Source of the DNA: Verrucomicrobiota bacterium
Lineage (GTDB): Bacteria > Verrucomicrobiota > Verrucomicrobiia > Opitutales > Coraliomargaritaceae
Length of the DNA stretch: 64,000 nucleotides
Assembly: GCA_039815375.1 (NCBI GenBank)
Contig: JBCBZJ010000010.1
Location: forward strand, 1-64,000
Direction: 5' to 3'
Made by a program: the position numbers and the translations under genes. Below are positions 9,059 to 17,243 of the stretch, piece after piece; positions within the stretch are counted from its first letter, which is position 1; each line of letters begins with the position of its first letter. The notes beneath the pieces were generated by a model. That model was not told where the DNA came from and ran no database searches. It worked only from the letters and a program-made list of their open reading frames with translations.

Positions 9059-10027
9059 TTACCTCCGGCCTGAACAGGCCTCGGCAAAGACGGCTGGATT
9101 GCGCTTCAGGTAGGACTGCGCTTCGCTGCACCCGTCTTCGGGCATTTCAACAGTCTCGAAAAACTCAGCCTCGGCAGCGAACACCGTCTCTGGATAAGAT
9201 GCCATATAGTAACGTTCAATCGTCTCATGGATGCCCTCCGCAGTCTGGCAAGCTGAACCTTGAACATAATTGCAAACGAGATGGTAGTAGACCACATCGA
9301 TACCAAGGAAGCGAAGTAGAATCGGGTTAAAGGCATCACCATGCAATGTGATGATCCGTGGCTTGTCCGGTTCAAGTTCAGACATCTGGCGCGTCATCAC
9401 CTGCCATTGTAGAATATCAAAATCAGTCTCGAAGGTCATGCCACCATAGTGAATCAAGGCAGCCCGCACCTCCTCTGGACCGAAGATTCTTTCAAAGCCA
9501 TCCGAACCCACACGAGGCTCAAGAATCTTACGGAAAAACTTGCTAAGATTCGGGCTGAACGGCTCTTCCAACATCAGGTCGTGCGCCGGCCAAACCGCTG
9601 CGAAAGGTGTTCTGGGCAGGCCCCGGTGGTGCGCGTCTGTCTTGAAACTCCATGGAAAAACCACATCTCCCGGTCTCACGCCCTTTTCGCCGAGTGGATC
9701 ACAAACGCCGCTATTCCCACCAATCAGGACAACCTTCACCCCTGCCTGCCAAAGCACCCAGCAACACTTCCGGACCGTTTCTTCGGTTAAACAACCTTCA
9801 CCGAGGATGTCCCCATAGCTCGGGATAAAGACGAACGAACGACTCTTTTCCGGCATTGAAAAACCATGCACCTCGGGCCCGAGACCATAGGGAGTCTCGA
9901 CCCGGTCGCCTCCACTATGAATCCAACCTCGGTTCTCATATTGAGTAACTACCCAGTCCACTGAGCGGCCCCAAAGCGGACTACCTGTTATCGTTGCCAT
10001 CTTCGCAGTAGGGCCGGAGTAGTTCAT
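9059..10027 (-). CDS. Divergent purine nucleoside phosphorylase/MTAP-superfamily protein
   Basis: VETPYG, W.LWQAGVK, VRPGDVVFP and MTFET echo the MTAP pattern, but the key RHG motif is replaced by SYG. Start set at ATG 10027, behind a sigma-54 box. Confidence 0.65.
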   Translation of the reverse strand: MNYSGPTAKMATITGSPLWGRSVDWVVTQYENRGWIHSGGDRVETPYGLGPEVHGFSMPEKSRSFVFIPSYGDILGEGCLTEETVRKCCWVLWQAGVKVVLIGGNSGVCDPLGEKGVRPGDVVFPWSFKTDAHHRGLPRTPFAAVWPAHDLMLEEPFSPNLSKFFRKILEPRVGSDGFERIFGPEEVRAALIHYGGMTFETDFDILQWQVMTRQMSELEPDKPRIITLHGDAFNPILLRFLGIDVVYYHLVCNYVQGSACQTAEGIHETIERYYMASYPETVFAAEAEFFETVEMPEDGCSEAQSYLKRNPAVFAEACSGRR

Positions 10028-10039
10028 CAGGCTTCGCAT

Positions 10040-10056
10040 AGCCACTCGCATGCCAA
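10040..10056 (-). promoter_or_regulatory. Sigma-54 promoter of the phosphorylase-permease-FAH operon
   Basis: TTGGCATGCGAGTGGCT = GG-N10-GC; the C is 14 nt before ATG 10027. Confidence 0.6.
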
Positions 10057-10069
10057 GCACATTAAAATT

Positions 10070-10086
10070 ATGGCCCACCAACTGCT
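10070..10086 (+). promoter_or_regulatory. Sigma-54 promoter of the NUP-QPTR operon
   Basis: ATGGCCCACCAACTGCT = GG-N10-GC; the C is 14 nt before ATG 10099. Confidence 0.6.
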
Positions 10087-10098
10087 ATGGGATGTTAC

Positions 10099-11136
10099 AT
10101 GCGTATTTTGTGGATTTCCTTCATTCTACTTTTCATATCCGCATCAACTTATGCCGAAAAAATTCCGGTCAAAGTCGTTGTGGTCGCCCTTTTCGAACGG
10201 GGCGAGATCACCGGGGATAGCCCGGGAGAGTTTCAACTTTGGGCAGAGCGCTATCCATTGCCGGAAAGGATCTCTCTGCCCCATGGAAATCGGGACCTTT
10301 ATTGGAATGCTGAAGACGGTGTGCTCGGCATGGTTACCGGCATCGGCACTGCCAAGGCTGCAGCCAGCGTAATGGCAGTCGGCCTCGATCCGCGATTCGA
10401 CTTTTCAAAGAGCTACTGGCTGGTCGCAGGCATCTCTGGTTTCGATCCCGCAGACGCTTCATTAGGCAGTGCCTGCTGGGTCGATTGGGTTGTCGACGGA
10501 GACCTCTCCCACAGTATCGATATTCGCGAGGCGCCCAAAGGTTGGACAACCGGGCGTTTTCCTTTCCGAGCGAAGTCACCCTATGAGCAGCCTCGCCCGG
10601 CGAGCGAGGGTTCCTACTTCCAGCTTAATGAACAACTCACCGATTGGGCCTTTGCCTTGACCAAAGATACGAAACTCGCCGACACCGAGGCACTGCTGGA
10701 ACGCCGCAAGCGCTTTACCGGTTTTCCCAATGCACAAAAACCGCCCTTCGTAGTGAAAGGTAGCTACCTTGCTGCAATGAACTATTGGCACGGCAAGGTC
10801 GAAAACGAATGGGCAAATAGGTGGGTTGACTATTGGACTGGTGGAGAGGGAAAATTTATCGCCTCTGCCATGGAAGGCACCGGGGTCATGACTTCGATCG
10901 AGTTCCTGGATAAAGCGGGAATCGTTGACCGGGATCGGGTCATGATGCTTCGAACGGCCAGCAACTTCACCATGCAGTGGCCCGGCGGAACCGCTTACGA
11001 AAGCAAAAGTGGTGAAAAGATCGGCACCTATTCGGCCTTCATCCCCGCTCTAGAAAGTGCCTACACAGTGGGTAGCCCGGTAGTGAAATCCATCGTTGAA
11101 GGCTGGAAAACCTATCAAGACACGCTTCCCGAATAG
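10099..11136 (+). CDS. Purine nucleoside permease (NUP) family secreted protein
   Basis: Signal peptide; KVVVVALFE, GDSPGEFQLW, GLDPRFDFSKSYWLVAGISG, AMEGTG and LRTASNF are typical of the NUP family. Confidence 0.9.
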   Translation: MRILWISFILLFISASTYAEKIPVKVVVVALFERGEITGDSPGEFQLWAERYPLPERISLPHGNRDLYWNAEDGVLGMVTGIGTAKAAASVMAVGLDPRFDFSKSYWLVAGISGFDPADASLGSACWVDWVVDGDLSHSIDIREAPKGWTTGRFPFRAKSPYEQPRPASEGSYFQLNEQLTDWAFALTKDTKLADTEALLERRKRFTGFPNAQKPPFVVKGSYLAAMNYWHGKVENEWANRWVDYWTGGEGKFIASAMEGTGVMTSIEFLDKAGIVDRDRVMMLRTASNFTMQWPGGTAYESKSGEKIGTYSAFIPALESAYTVGSPVVKSIVEGWKTYQDTLPE

Positions 11137-11156
11137 ACTTAGTAATAGAAGAACCG

Positions 11157-11855
11157 ATGAGCCAAGGTGCCGAACAGCCAGCCGAATACAAGTATCACAT
11201 CCTCCTCGGTCTATACGTTGGCTTTTGGGGGATTCTTCAAAGTATAACCGTAAAGTTGGTTCCGCTGGACATGAGCATGATCGGGCTCGGCATGCTTGCC
11301 TTCAGCTACGGTTCCTTTGCCCACGCCTTTACCTTTCCGTGCACCGATGCGGTTGCCGAAGTTTGGGGAGCGAAGCGAGCCCGCCTCATGGTGTATCTCG
11401 GGACAGCGGTCTACATCATCGCAACCGTTCTGATCTACATCGCGACACTGCTGCCGCCAGCGGAAGGATGGCCCCACAACGAAGCGTATGTCTCACTCTT
11501 TGCGGCAGCGCCCCGTATTGTGATAGGCTCGATTATCGCAACGCTCTTTGCCCAGCTCTGGGACATCTATGTCTTCGAATGGGTCAAAAGACGCACCGGA
11601 CCCAAACTGCTTTGGCTCCGAAACAATGCCTCCACACTCGGCTCACAGTTCTTTGATACCATAATTTTCTATACGATTGCCTTCTATGGCATCATTCCCA
11701 ACGACGTGTTACATAAGGTTATCCTTGGCTCGTATTTGCTCAAGTTGGTTGTCGCAGTGATCGACACGCCTGTCGTCTACTTGGTCGTCTACTGGCTGAC
11801 CGGCAGCTGGACTGCGAAAGGAGATGTCCACTCCTCAGAACCGGCTAAGGCTTAA
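11157..11855 (+). CDS. yhhQ: Queuosine precursor transporter (QPTR/YhhQ family)
   Basis: TFPCTDAVAEVWG, AQLWDIYVF, LWLRNNASTLGSQFFDTIIF, DTPVVY. Confidence 0.9.
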   Translation: MSQGAEQPAEYKYHILLGLYVGFWGILQSITVKLVPLDMSMIGLGMLAFSYGSFAHAFTFPCTDAVAEVWGAKRARLMVYLGTAVYIIATVLIYIATLLPPAEGWPHNEAYVSLFAAAPRIVIGSIIATLFAQLWDIYVFEWVKRRTGPKLLWLRNNASTLGSQFFDTIIFYTIAFYGIIPNDVLHKVILGSYLLKLVVAVIDTPVVYLVVYWLTGSWTAKGDVHSSEPAKA

Positions 11856-12322
11856 GACCACATATCTCGGTGAAGTTCGACGATCTCGTCCTCGACTTCT
11901 TCAAAAGGCCCGAAGACCTGAATCGCCTTCTGACCAGCTTTAATCACATCTTCGCTGGGCAAATTCAGAGTCGGGTTTTCATCATGATCTCCGGTTAATT
12001 CGAGAAGTTTCGATTCCTTCACGCCGTAAACAATCCGTCCGATGTTGGCCCAATAGATCGCTCCCGTGCACATCACGCAGGGTTCAAAATTCGTTACCAG
12101 CGTGCAGTCCCAAAGATATTCGGACGTATACTGCACCGCAGCTTTTCGCGCGAGTTCGGTTTCAGCGTGACGAACCGTATCTATATTACCCTGCTCGAGA
12201 AGCACCGTTTCTCCGTCAGGAGCAACAAGCACAGCCCCAAAAGGGTGATGCCCGGCAAACTTCACTCGCTCGGCCACTGCATTTGCAGCACGTAATGCGC
12301 CTATCATTTGATCTCGATTCAT
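11852..12322 (-). CDS. Cytidine-deaminase-superfamily nucleoside/guanine deaminase
   Basis: PFGAVLV, HAE and EPCVMC zinc motifs, GAIYWA. Confidence 0.92.
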   Translation of the reverse strand: MNRDQMIGALRAANAVAERVKFAGHHPFGAVLVAPDGETVLLEQGNIDTVRHAETELARKAAVQYTSEYLWDCTLVTNFEPCVMCTGAIYWANIGRIVYGVKESKLLELTGDHDENPTLNLPSEDVIKAGQKAIQVFGPFEEVEDEIVELHRDMWS

Positions 12323-12333
12323 AAATACTTTTA

Positions 12334-12350
12334 AGCATTTAACGGACCTA
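12334..12350 (-). promoter_or_regulatory. Possible sigma-54 promoter of the deaminase
   Basis: TAGGTCCGTTAAATGCT = GG-N10-GC; the C is 13 nt before ATG 12322. The -24 element is weaker than at the other sites. Confidence 0.45.
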
Positions 12351-12368
12351 AGCGAAAACTAGCCAAAA

Positions 12369-12394
12369 TGACGCAGAGGGAGGAATTCGAAACC
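12369..12394 (-). repeat. Degenerate copy of the tRNA-Ser 3' end (putative attR)
   Basis: TGACGCAGAGGGAGGAATTCGAAACC matches TGGCGGAGAGGGAGGGATTCGAACCC (26040-26065) at 22/26 positions, in the same orientation. Confidence 0.75.
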
Positions 12395-12707
12395 GATTAT
12401 AGTTCCCCCAACTTCGCATCTTATTGCTATCAGCATTGATTATCTGGCCTCCTCAGAATCATCTCTGGCATAGGATGAAATGAAACACGATATTTTGGAA
12501 GTAATCTGGCAAACTCAGTACAAAAATTAATCCCTAAAATCCGATATGTCCTGACATAAGTGGCACTAGAGTTAATGACATGCTTTTATGAAAAATTAAC
12601 ATTCTCCTTAACATCTTTCCATTGACTATATTTCGTGAGTATTTTTACTTTATACTGTATCGTTTAATCTAACCTTAAAATACTTATACTCCCTATACTG
12701 AAACTAT

Positions 12708-13301
12708 ATGAGAAAGTTATTGTACTCATCCCTAGCGCTCTACGCGCTTTTCCTTAGCCACGCGAATGCTGTCGTGAATCTTGACTTCAGCCAGGTCGGC
12801 GCAGACGTAGTCTTAACCATTACAGGATCCCACGATGTTTATAGTGCTTCAGTTTCCGCTAGCTTCACTAGCTCAATCGTTGGTTTGGATAGTGGCTTTA
12901 ACCGATCATATGTATTAACAGGTAGTTATCTCGATGATCAGCGTGCTCACGGAGGGATCAACACTGCTGCTCCATGGGATGGCGTTTCGCCTGACATTCG
13001 TGATGCGACAGGAGGTGTAGGCACAGGAGGATTTACATATACCAGCACCACGTATTTTGCATATGCACCGACAGGCTACACAGTAGGTGATCCAATTTCC
13101 GCAACCAACACCTTTTCGAACTTAACCCTAGCAGACTTCGGGTTTGATGCGTCGGATATATCAGCGGGGTTCGGTGTGGTAGATTTTGTTAATGCGCCTG
13201 ACTTTACCTGGAGTGTCAACGGAGTCCCAGAGCCAAGCGCTACAGCCATTTTAGTAGGCTTGGTGGCTATCGGTGCCGTCACGAGACGTCGTCGTACATA
13301 G
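12708..13301 (+). CDS. PEP-CTERM surface protein
   Basis: Signal peptide ending ANA; C-terminal VPEPS + TM helix + TRRRRT. Confidence 0.92.
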   Translation: MRKLLYSSLALYALFLSHANAVVNLDFSQVGADVVLTITGSHDVYSASVSASFTSSIVGLDSGFNRSYVLTGSYLDDQRAHGGINTAAPWDGVSPDIRDATGGVGTGGFTYTSTTYFAYAPTGYTVGDPISATNTFSNLTLADFGFDASDISAGFGVVDFVNAPDFTWSVNGVPEPSATAILVGLVAIGAVTRRRRT

Positions 13302-13402
13302 AAGCGCCGAAATTAGTCGCTCAATAAGCATTGAGTCTCAATGTTTACATTAATAAAAAGTGTATCTCTATGATTTAACTGCCTAAGGCGACTGCTTAGA
13401 AC

Positions 13403-13460
13403 AAAAGACCTAATTAGAATCTCCTACTTAGCATAAGTAGTGTCTAATAGGTCTTTTTTT
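13403..13460 (+). terminator. Intrinsic terminator-like long hairpin
   Basis: AAAAGACCTA...TAGGTCTTTTTTT with inner stem CTACTTA/TAAGTAG. Confidence 0.65.
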
Positions 13461-13497
13461 ATACCTCATTGATAAAGGTTTGGCTTAAACGACATTT

Positions 13498-13531
13498 GGC
13501 AGTGTCCAGAAACTTTCCGGGCACTGCCTAC
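13498..13531 (-). repeat. REP-like hairpin (single copy in window)
   Basis: Minus strand GTAGGCAGTGCCCGGAAAGTTTCTGGACACTGCC: a GTAG foot followed by a GC-rich imperfect palindrome. Confidence 0.4.
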
Positions 13532-13767
13532 ATCGAAAGAATCCCATCAAGGATGGTGTTCGAGCAAATAGGAGCGATCATCGAATAAAAGAAATCCCCC
13601 GCTTGGATTTTTTGTTTTTACGACTTACAGCGCTAAATTAGGGCGTGAACCCTTAGAAAGTTCATCCTCTCGCGCTAGATCAAGAATTTCTAGAAACTAC
13701 ACTAACTGAAAAACGCACAAAGCTCTGCAATATGCAATTAGTTGGTTTTGTATAAACTTCGTTTCGT

Positions 13768-14541
13768 CTAGCGAGCGGTCAATTCATAGTATGCACCATG
13801 CGATCCGTTAACCTCTTCGGCAGAAAATTTTGGGTCATACCACCGACCTGACTGAACTGAACCCAGTTTTTCTATCAAATCTTCAAATTTTTTGGAAGTC
13901 GACTTGGTATACACAACTTCACCCTTAGAATTCTTGATAAAAATCACATACCCTTGAATGGAATAACCATGCTGAGTTCGTCCATTCTTTTTAACATCGG
14001 AAATTTGAAAAGGATCTAAATCTAATGTGATCGAATCCTTATACGGAATGTCAATAGTCTGGTGTAAAGCAGATGCGACAAGAACCTGGTTCAGGTTGTT
14101 AGCCGGTTTTGCGAAGATCATGGCACTTACTCTGTTACCTTTATATTCTTGGGCACGCTTGTTTCGAATAATCAATTTCGGTTTGTAACGCTCTCGGTTC
14201 TTCTCGGCCAGCGTGTCTTTCTTGTAATTGTCCATGTTTATTTTTTTATACTGAAATAGTACTTCAATCGGCGGATCTTTAGGCAAAAGTGTAGCTTCAG
14301 CTTCCTGCGCAACAAACCAAGACATGATTGATTTTCTCGATTTTTTCGAGAATGACGACATTTTGGCTTCCAACTCTCTTCCGTCCTTCATTTGAATCGT
14401 TACAATTTCAAAATCATCCTTTACCTCAATAATCTTGGCTTCAGTGCTGGCTCCGGCATCGTTAGATAATTTTAAGAATTCGGCTGCCAGAACGTCAGAT
14501 ATAGCAAGGGCCGAGAGGAGAAGAACCGTTTGGATTTTCAT
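13768..14541 (-). CDS. Secreted hypothetical protein with N-terminal SHD1-like domain
   Basis: Signal peptide; LSNDAG..TEAKII...VTIQMKDGRELE..MSSFS...IMSW resembles the SHD1 pattern common in PVC bacteria. Confidence 0.7.
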   Translation of the reverse strand: MKIQTVLLLSALAISDVLAAEFLKLSNDAGASTEAKIIEVKDDFEIVTIQMKDGRELEAKMSSFSKKSRKSIMSWFVAQEAEATLLPKDPPIEVLFQYKKINMDNYKKDTLAEKNRERYKPKLIIRNKRAQEYKGNRVSAMIFAKPANNLNQVLVASALHQTIDIPYKDSITLDLDPFQISDVKKNGRTQHGYSIQGYVIFIKNSKGEVVYTKSTSKKFEDLIEKLGSVQSGRWYDPKFSAEEVNGSHGAYYELTAR

Positions 14542-14631
14542 GTTATGTGTTTATTTGAATTTGCGGAGACGCATTGTCTAATTACCAAAACGAGGTAGCC
14601 GCTGGGTAATTACATTTAATACAAAATTTTT

Positions 14632-14850
14632 TCAGCCATCTTCTTGTATGCGGGAAGGCGACAGCTTTTTCTTGGTAATGTGCTTGCCTTGCCCGACCAG
14701 TCTGAATCCTGCAGTCCTCAGTGCAGGGTCTTTAACTAAGAATCCGAGTATGTCTTGAGCGGTGCTAATAAAGAGCCTTCGTCGCATTGAGTTACCGCAC
14801 TTGGTCATACGTGGGGTCTTGTCACCATCACAGGGCTAGTCACGCCTGAG
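14632..14850 (-). pseudogene. IS110-family transposase C-terminal remnant
   Basis: Hand translation gives LRRD*PCDGDKTPRMTKCGNSMRRRLFISTAQDILGFLVKDPALRTAGFRLVGQGKHITKKKL. This resembles the IS110 pattern PRRDQSG.SD..LRITK.GN..LRRLL...A..ILG.FG.D..LR..G.RL, with an in-frame stop. Confidence 0.7.
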
Positions 14851-15243
14851 GATTGGTGGCTTTACGCCATCAGCTACACGATCCCCCCGAGGATGCCCCT
14901 TCTCCGCTTTGCTCTGTCGAGCTGCATTCTCATCTCCTCAGCTCTTCCCGTTATCGCTCCTGCTCTGCCTTGAAATGGCAGAGCGCGTGGTAAGAAAATG
15001 CGAACTTTGACCGCTTTGCCGTGTATAATCGTGGTCGTGCGTGACTCTTGGCAGCAAGGATGCTTTTCTGTTTATCCTATACGTAAAAAATGGTTCGAAA
15101 TGCCGGATCACGCTCTTCAAAGGGTTCTATCGAAAAGCGCCATTAACTTAGTGAGTCGTGTGTGGAGTTAAACCTGAAGCTTGATGGCTTCGCGGTGAAT
15201 ACAGAGACCGAATTGAAAACTCAGCCAAAGATGGCTTCAGGCT

Positions 15244-16083
15244 TTAGAAACGTGCTTGATCGATGCTTTTCGCACGTTTCAAATACTCAATCGGAGAGCA
15301 TCCATGCATCTTTCGAAACCAGTCTGCAAACCGGTTCGCGTTGGATTCACCAAACAATCCCCTCAAGTCCGTGACAGTGGGCGACTCAGTTGCAATGTAT
15401 TTCAAACAATACTGTGAGCGGACTAAATTAATGTATTGTCCTATACTTTGCCCAGTCGTCTTTTTGAAGGAACGAATGATCGTCGAGCGCTTAAGTCCGA
15501 GCTCTTCGATAACATATCCCACGCTGATTTGTGGGTTTAGGAAGTTTTTCTGAATATAAGCGCACACGTCAAAAACAGATGGGTCTACTATTTTTCTCCG
15601 CGCTTCTTTTCCTACGTTGATCAGCATCGATTTGGTTACTTCGAGGTTTCGAGCGTTTGCACCCTCGCGATGAAAATTCTCCCACACGTCTTGGAACCAT
15701 AGTTGAGGAAATCCTTCAAAGGGAAATACACCGGGCCAGATCCCGAAAAACTGGAGCAAATCCTTACTTCGATTGCCGTCGATCAAGATGTAGGAAACTT
15801 CGGTCCCATCTTCAGATACGTGTGATGAGAAAATTTCTCCGTAGTCCGCGACTAAAACTTCTCCGACGCTTGCATGCCGCTGCCAAGTGTCGCCTATTAA
15901 TGATGCCTTTCCCCTGTGGACCCATGCGATAGACACAAAGTAGGTTGTCAGTCGTCCAAATACCTCACTTTTGTCGAGGCGTAATTTCCCAATTTCAAGG
16001 ACTGAGAAATCACTTTTGCTCTCGTCTATCGCAGGGATTCTATTTTTCGCGTTTAGATACGTATCCTTGGGCATGGCCATCAA
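15244..16083 (-). CDS. AraC-family transcriptional regulator
   Basis: C-terminal double HTH (YIQKNF, LKRSTIIRSFKKTTGQSIGQYINLVR, FADWFRKMHGCSP) and a cupin-like N-terminal domain. Confidence 0.88.
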   Translation of the reverse strand: MMAMPKDTYLNAKNRIPAIDESKSDFSVLEIGKLRLDKSEVFGRLTTYFVSIAWVHRGKASLIGDTWQRHASVGEVLVADYGEIFSSHVSEDGTEVSYILIDGNRSKDLLQFFGIWPGVFPFEGFPQLWFQDVWENFHREGANARNLEVTKSMLINVGKEARRKIVDPSVFDVCAYIQKNFLNPQISVGYVIEELGLKRSTIIRSFKKTTGQSIGQYINLVRSQYCLKYIATESPTVTDLRGLFGESNANRFADWFRKMHGCSPIEYLKRAKSIDQARF

Positions 16084-16172
16084 AATTGCCTAAAAGAAGA
16101 ACAACTCAACACAGTCGTCCTTCGGGCGCTCTTCAAGAACTTCTGTGCCGACCCAAACGAGCATAGGTTGCT

Positions 16173-16919
16173 CTAGCAAGTTCGGTTTTTACGTCTTGAA
16201 ACGCAAGCAATGAGCGCGAGTCCACCGAGCAATGCGGGTGACATCGCGGACTCTGGGACAACAGCGAAATCGATATATTGTTCAATAGTATTAGCCGCTG
16301 AAGTAAATAAATTCACGCTAGTTTCGTCGCCTTGTAGATTACTAATCGTTCTTGTTCCTACGAAGCTATACACTCCACCTGAAAGGTTGAACTGGTTAAC
16401 GCCTCCACTGGAGTTCGCGAAATTAATGTATTGCTGATCACCGAGCGAGGCTGATGTGAATGAGCCAACTTCATCGCCTTGCAGCCCACTAATCGTTCTT
16501 GTTCCGGCAAAGCTGTATACCCCACTTGAAAGGTCGAACTGATTAATGCCTCCACTAGAATTCGCGAAGTTAATATACTGAACAGTGTTCGTTGCGGCAG
16601 ACGTAAAAGAGCCGACTTCATCACCCTGCAGACCGCTAATTGATCGAGTGCCTATAAAACTGTAGTCGAGCGACGGCAACGTTAAGTTAAATTGATTAAT
16701 CCCTCCACTAGAGTTTGCGAAGTTTATATATTGCTGGTTCGAAAGTGAGGCTGATGTGAACGAACCTACCTCATCACCCTGTAGCCCACTAATTGATCTA
16801 GTGTCTAGGAAGCTGTAGTCGAGCAAGGTTAAGTTAAATTGATTGATTGCGGCGCTGCTGATGCTAGAAAGCGATACCAGCAGGAGGGAACTGCAGAGGT
16901 AGTGTCTGATTTGATTCAT
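16173..16919 (-). CDS. PEP-CTERM protein made of four ~50 aa tandem repeats
   Basis: Signal peptide; 4x INQF.L....YSF.GTR.ISGLQGDEVGSFTSA.....QYINFANSSGG; C-terminal VPES-TM-RRKNR. Confidence 0.9.
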   Translation of the reverse strand: MNQIRHYLCSSLLLVSLSSISSAAINQFNLTLLDYSFLDTRSISGLQGDEVGSFTSASLSNQQYINFANSSGGINQFNLTLPSLDYSFIGTRSISGLQGDEVGSFTSAATNTVQYINFANSSGGINQFDLSSGVYSFAGTRTISGLQGDEVGSFTSASLGDQQYINFANSSGGVNQFNLSGGVYSFVGTRTISNLQGDETSVNLFTSAANTIEQYIDFAVVPESAMSPALLGGLALIACVSRRKNRTC

Positions 16920-17153
16920 ATATATTAGCAGTAAGTTAATATTGCCTCAAAGGCTAATTTTTGACCTGAAAACGAGTCAATTTACATGTTGGCTCAATCA
17001 TGGGTGATTTTGGCTCACCCTACCAGTGGCCTTACGAACAAAGGGCGGTTGGCCTTACCTTCGGCTCTTGGCCTCCGAGCTTTCTATACGGACACTTATC
17101 TGGTCATAAAAAACAGTGCTGTTTCATACTCTAATTGACTATATATGTTTTTT

Positions 17154-17243
17154 GCGACGCCGTTAAGGGTTACCCCCGAGGACTAACCGATCGACTACCT
17201 CGGAGCTTTGAAGGGACAATAGGATCGGTATCTACGGCGTCGC
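17154..17243. ncRNA. Candidate structured RNA or DNA element with pseudoknot potential
   Basis: A 10-bp outer stem, a 6-bp inner stem and a 7-bp loop-to-downstream pairing within 90 intergenic nt. No family recognised. Confidence 0.35.

Noticed and set aside
10028..10098. ORF-track starts at 10081 (-) and 10087 (+), leaving only 5 nt between divergent genes
   Set aside because: Leaves no promoter space; ATGs at 10027 and 10099 fit the two sigma-54 boxes.
11137..11156. Possible preQ1 riboswitch before yhhQ
   Set aside because: Only a 20-nt gap and no preQ1 aptamer pattern.
16173..16919. Regularly spaced ~150-nt DNA repeats that could suggest a CRISPR array
   Set aside because: They are in-frame coding repeats diverged at synonymous sites, with no unique spacers and no cas genes.
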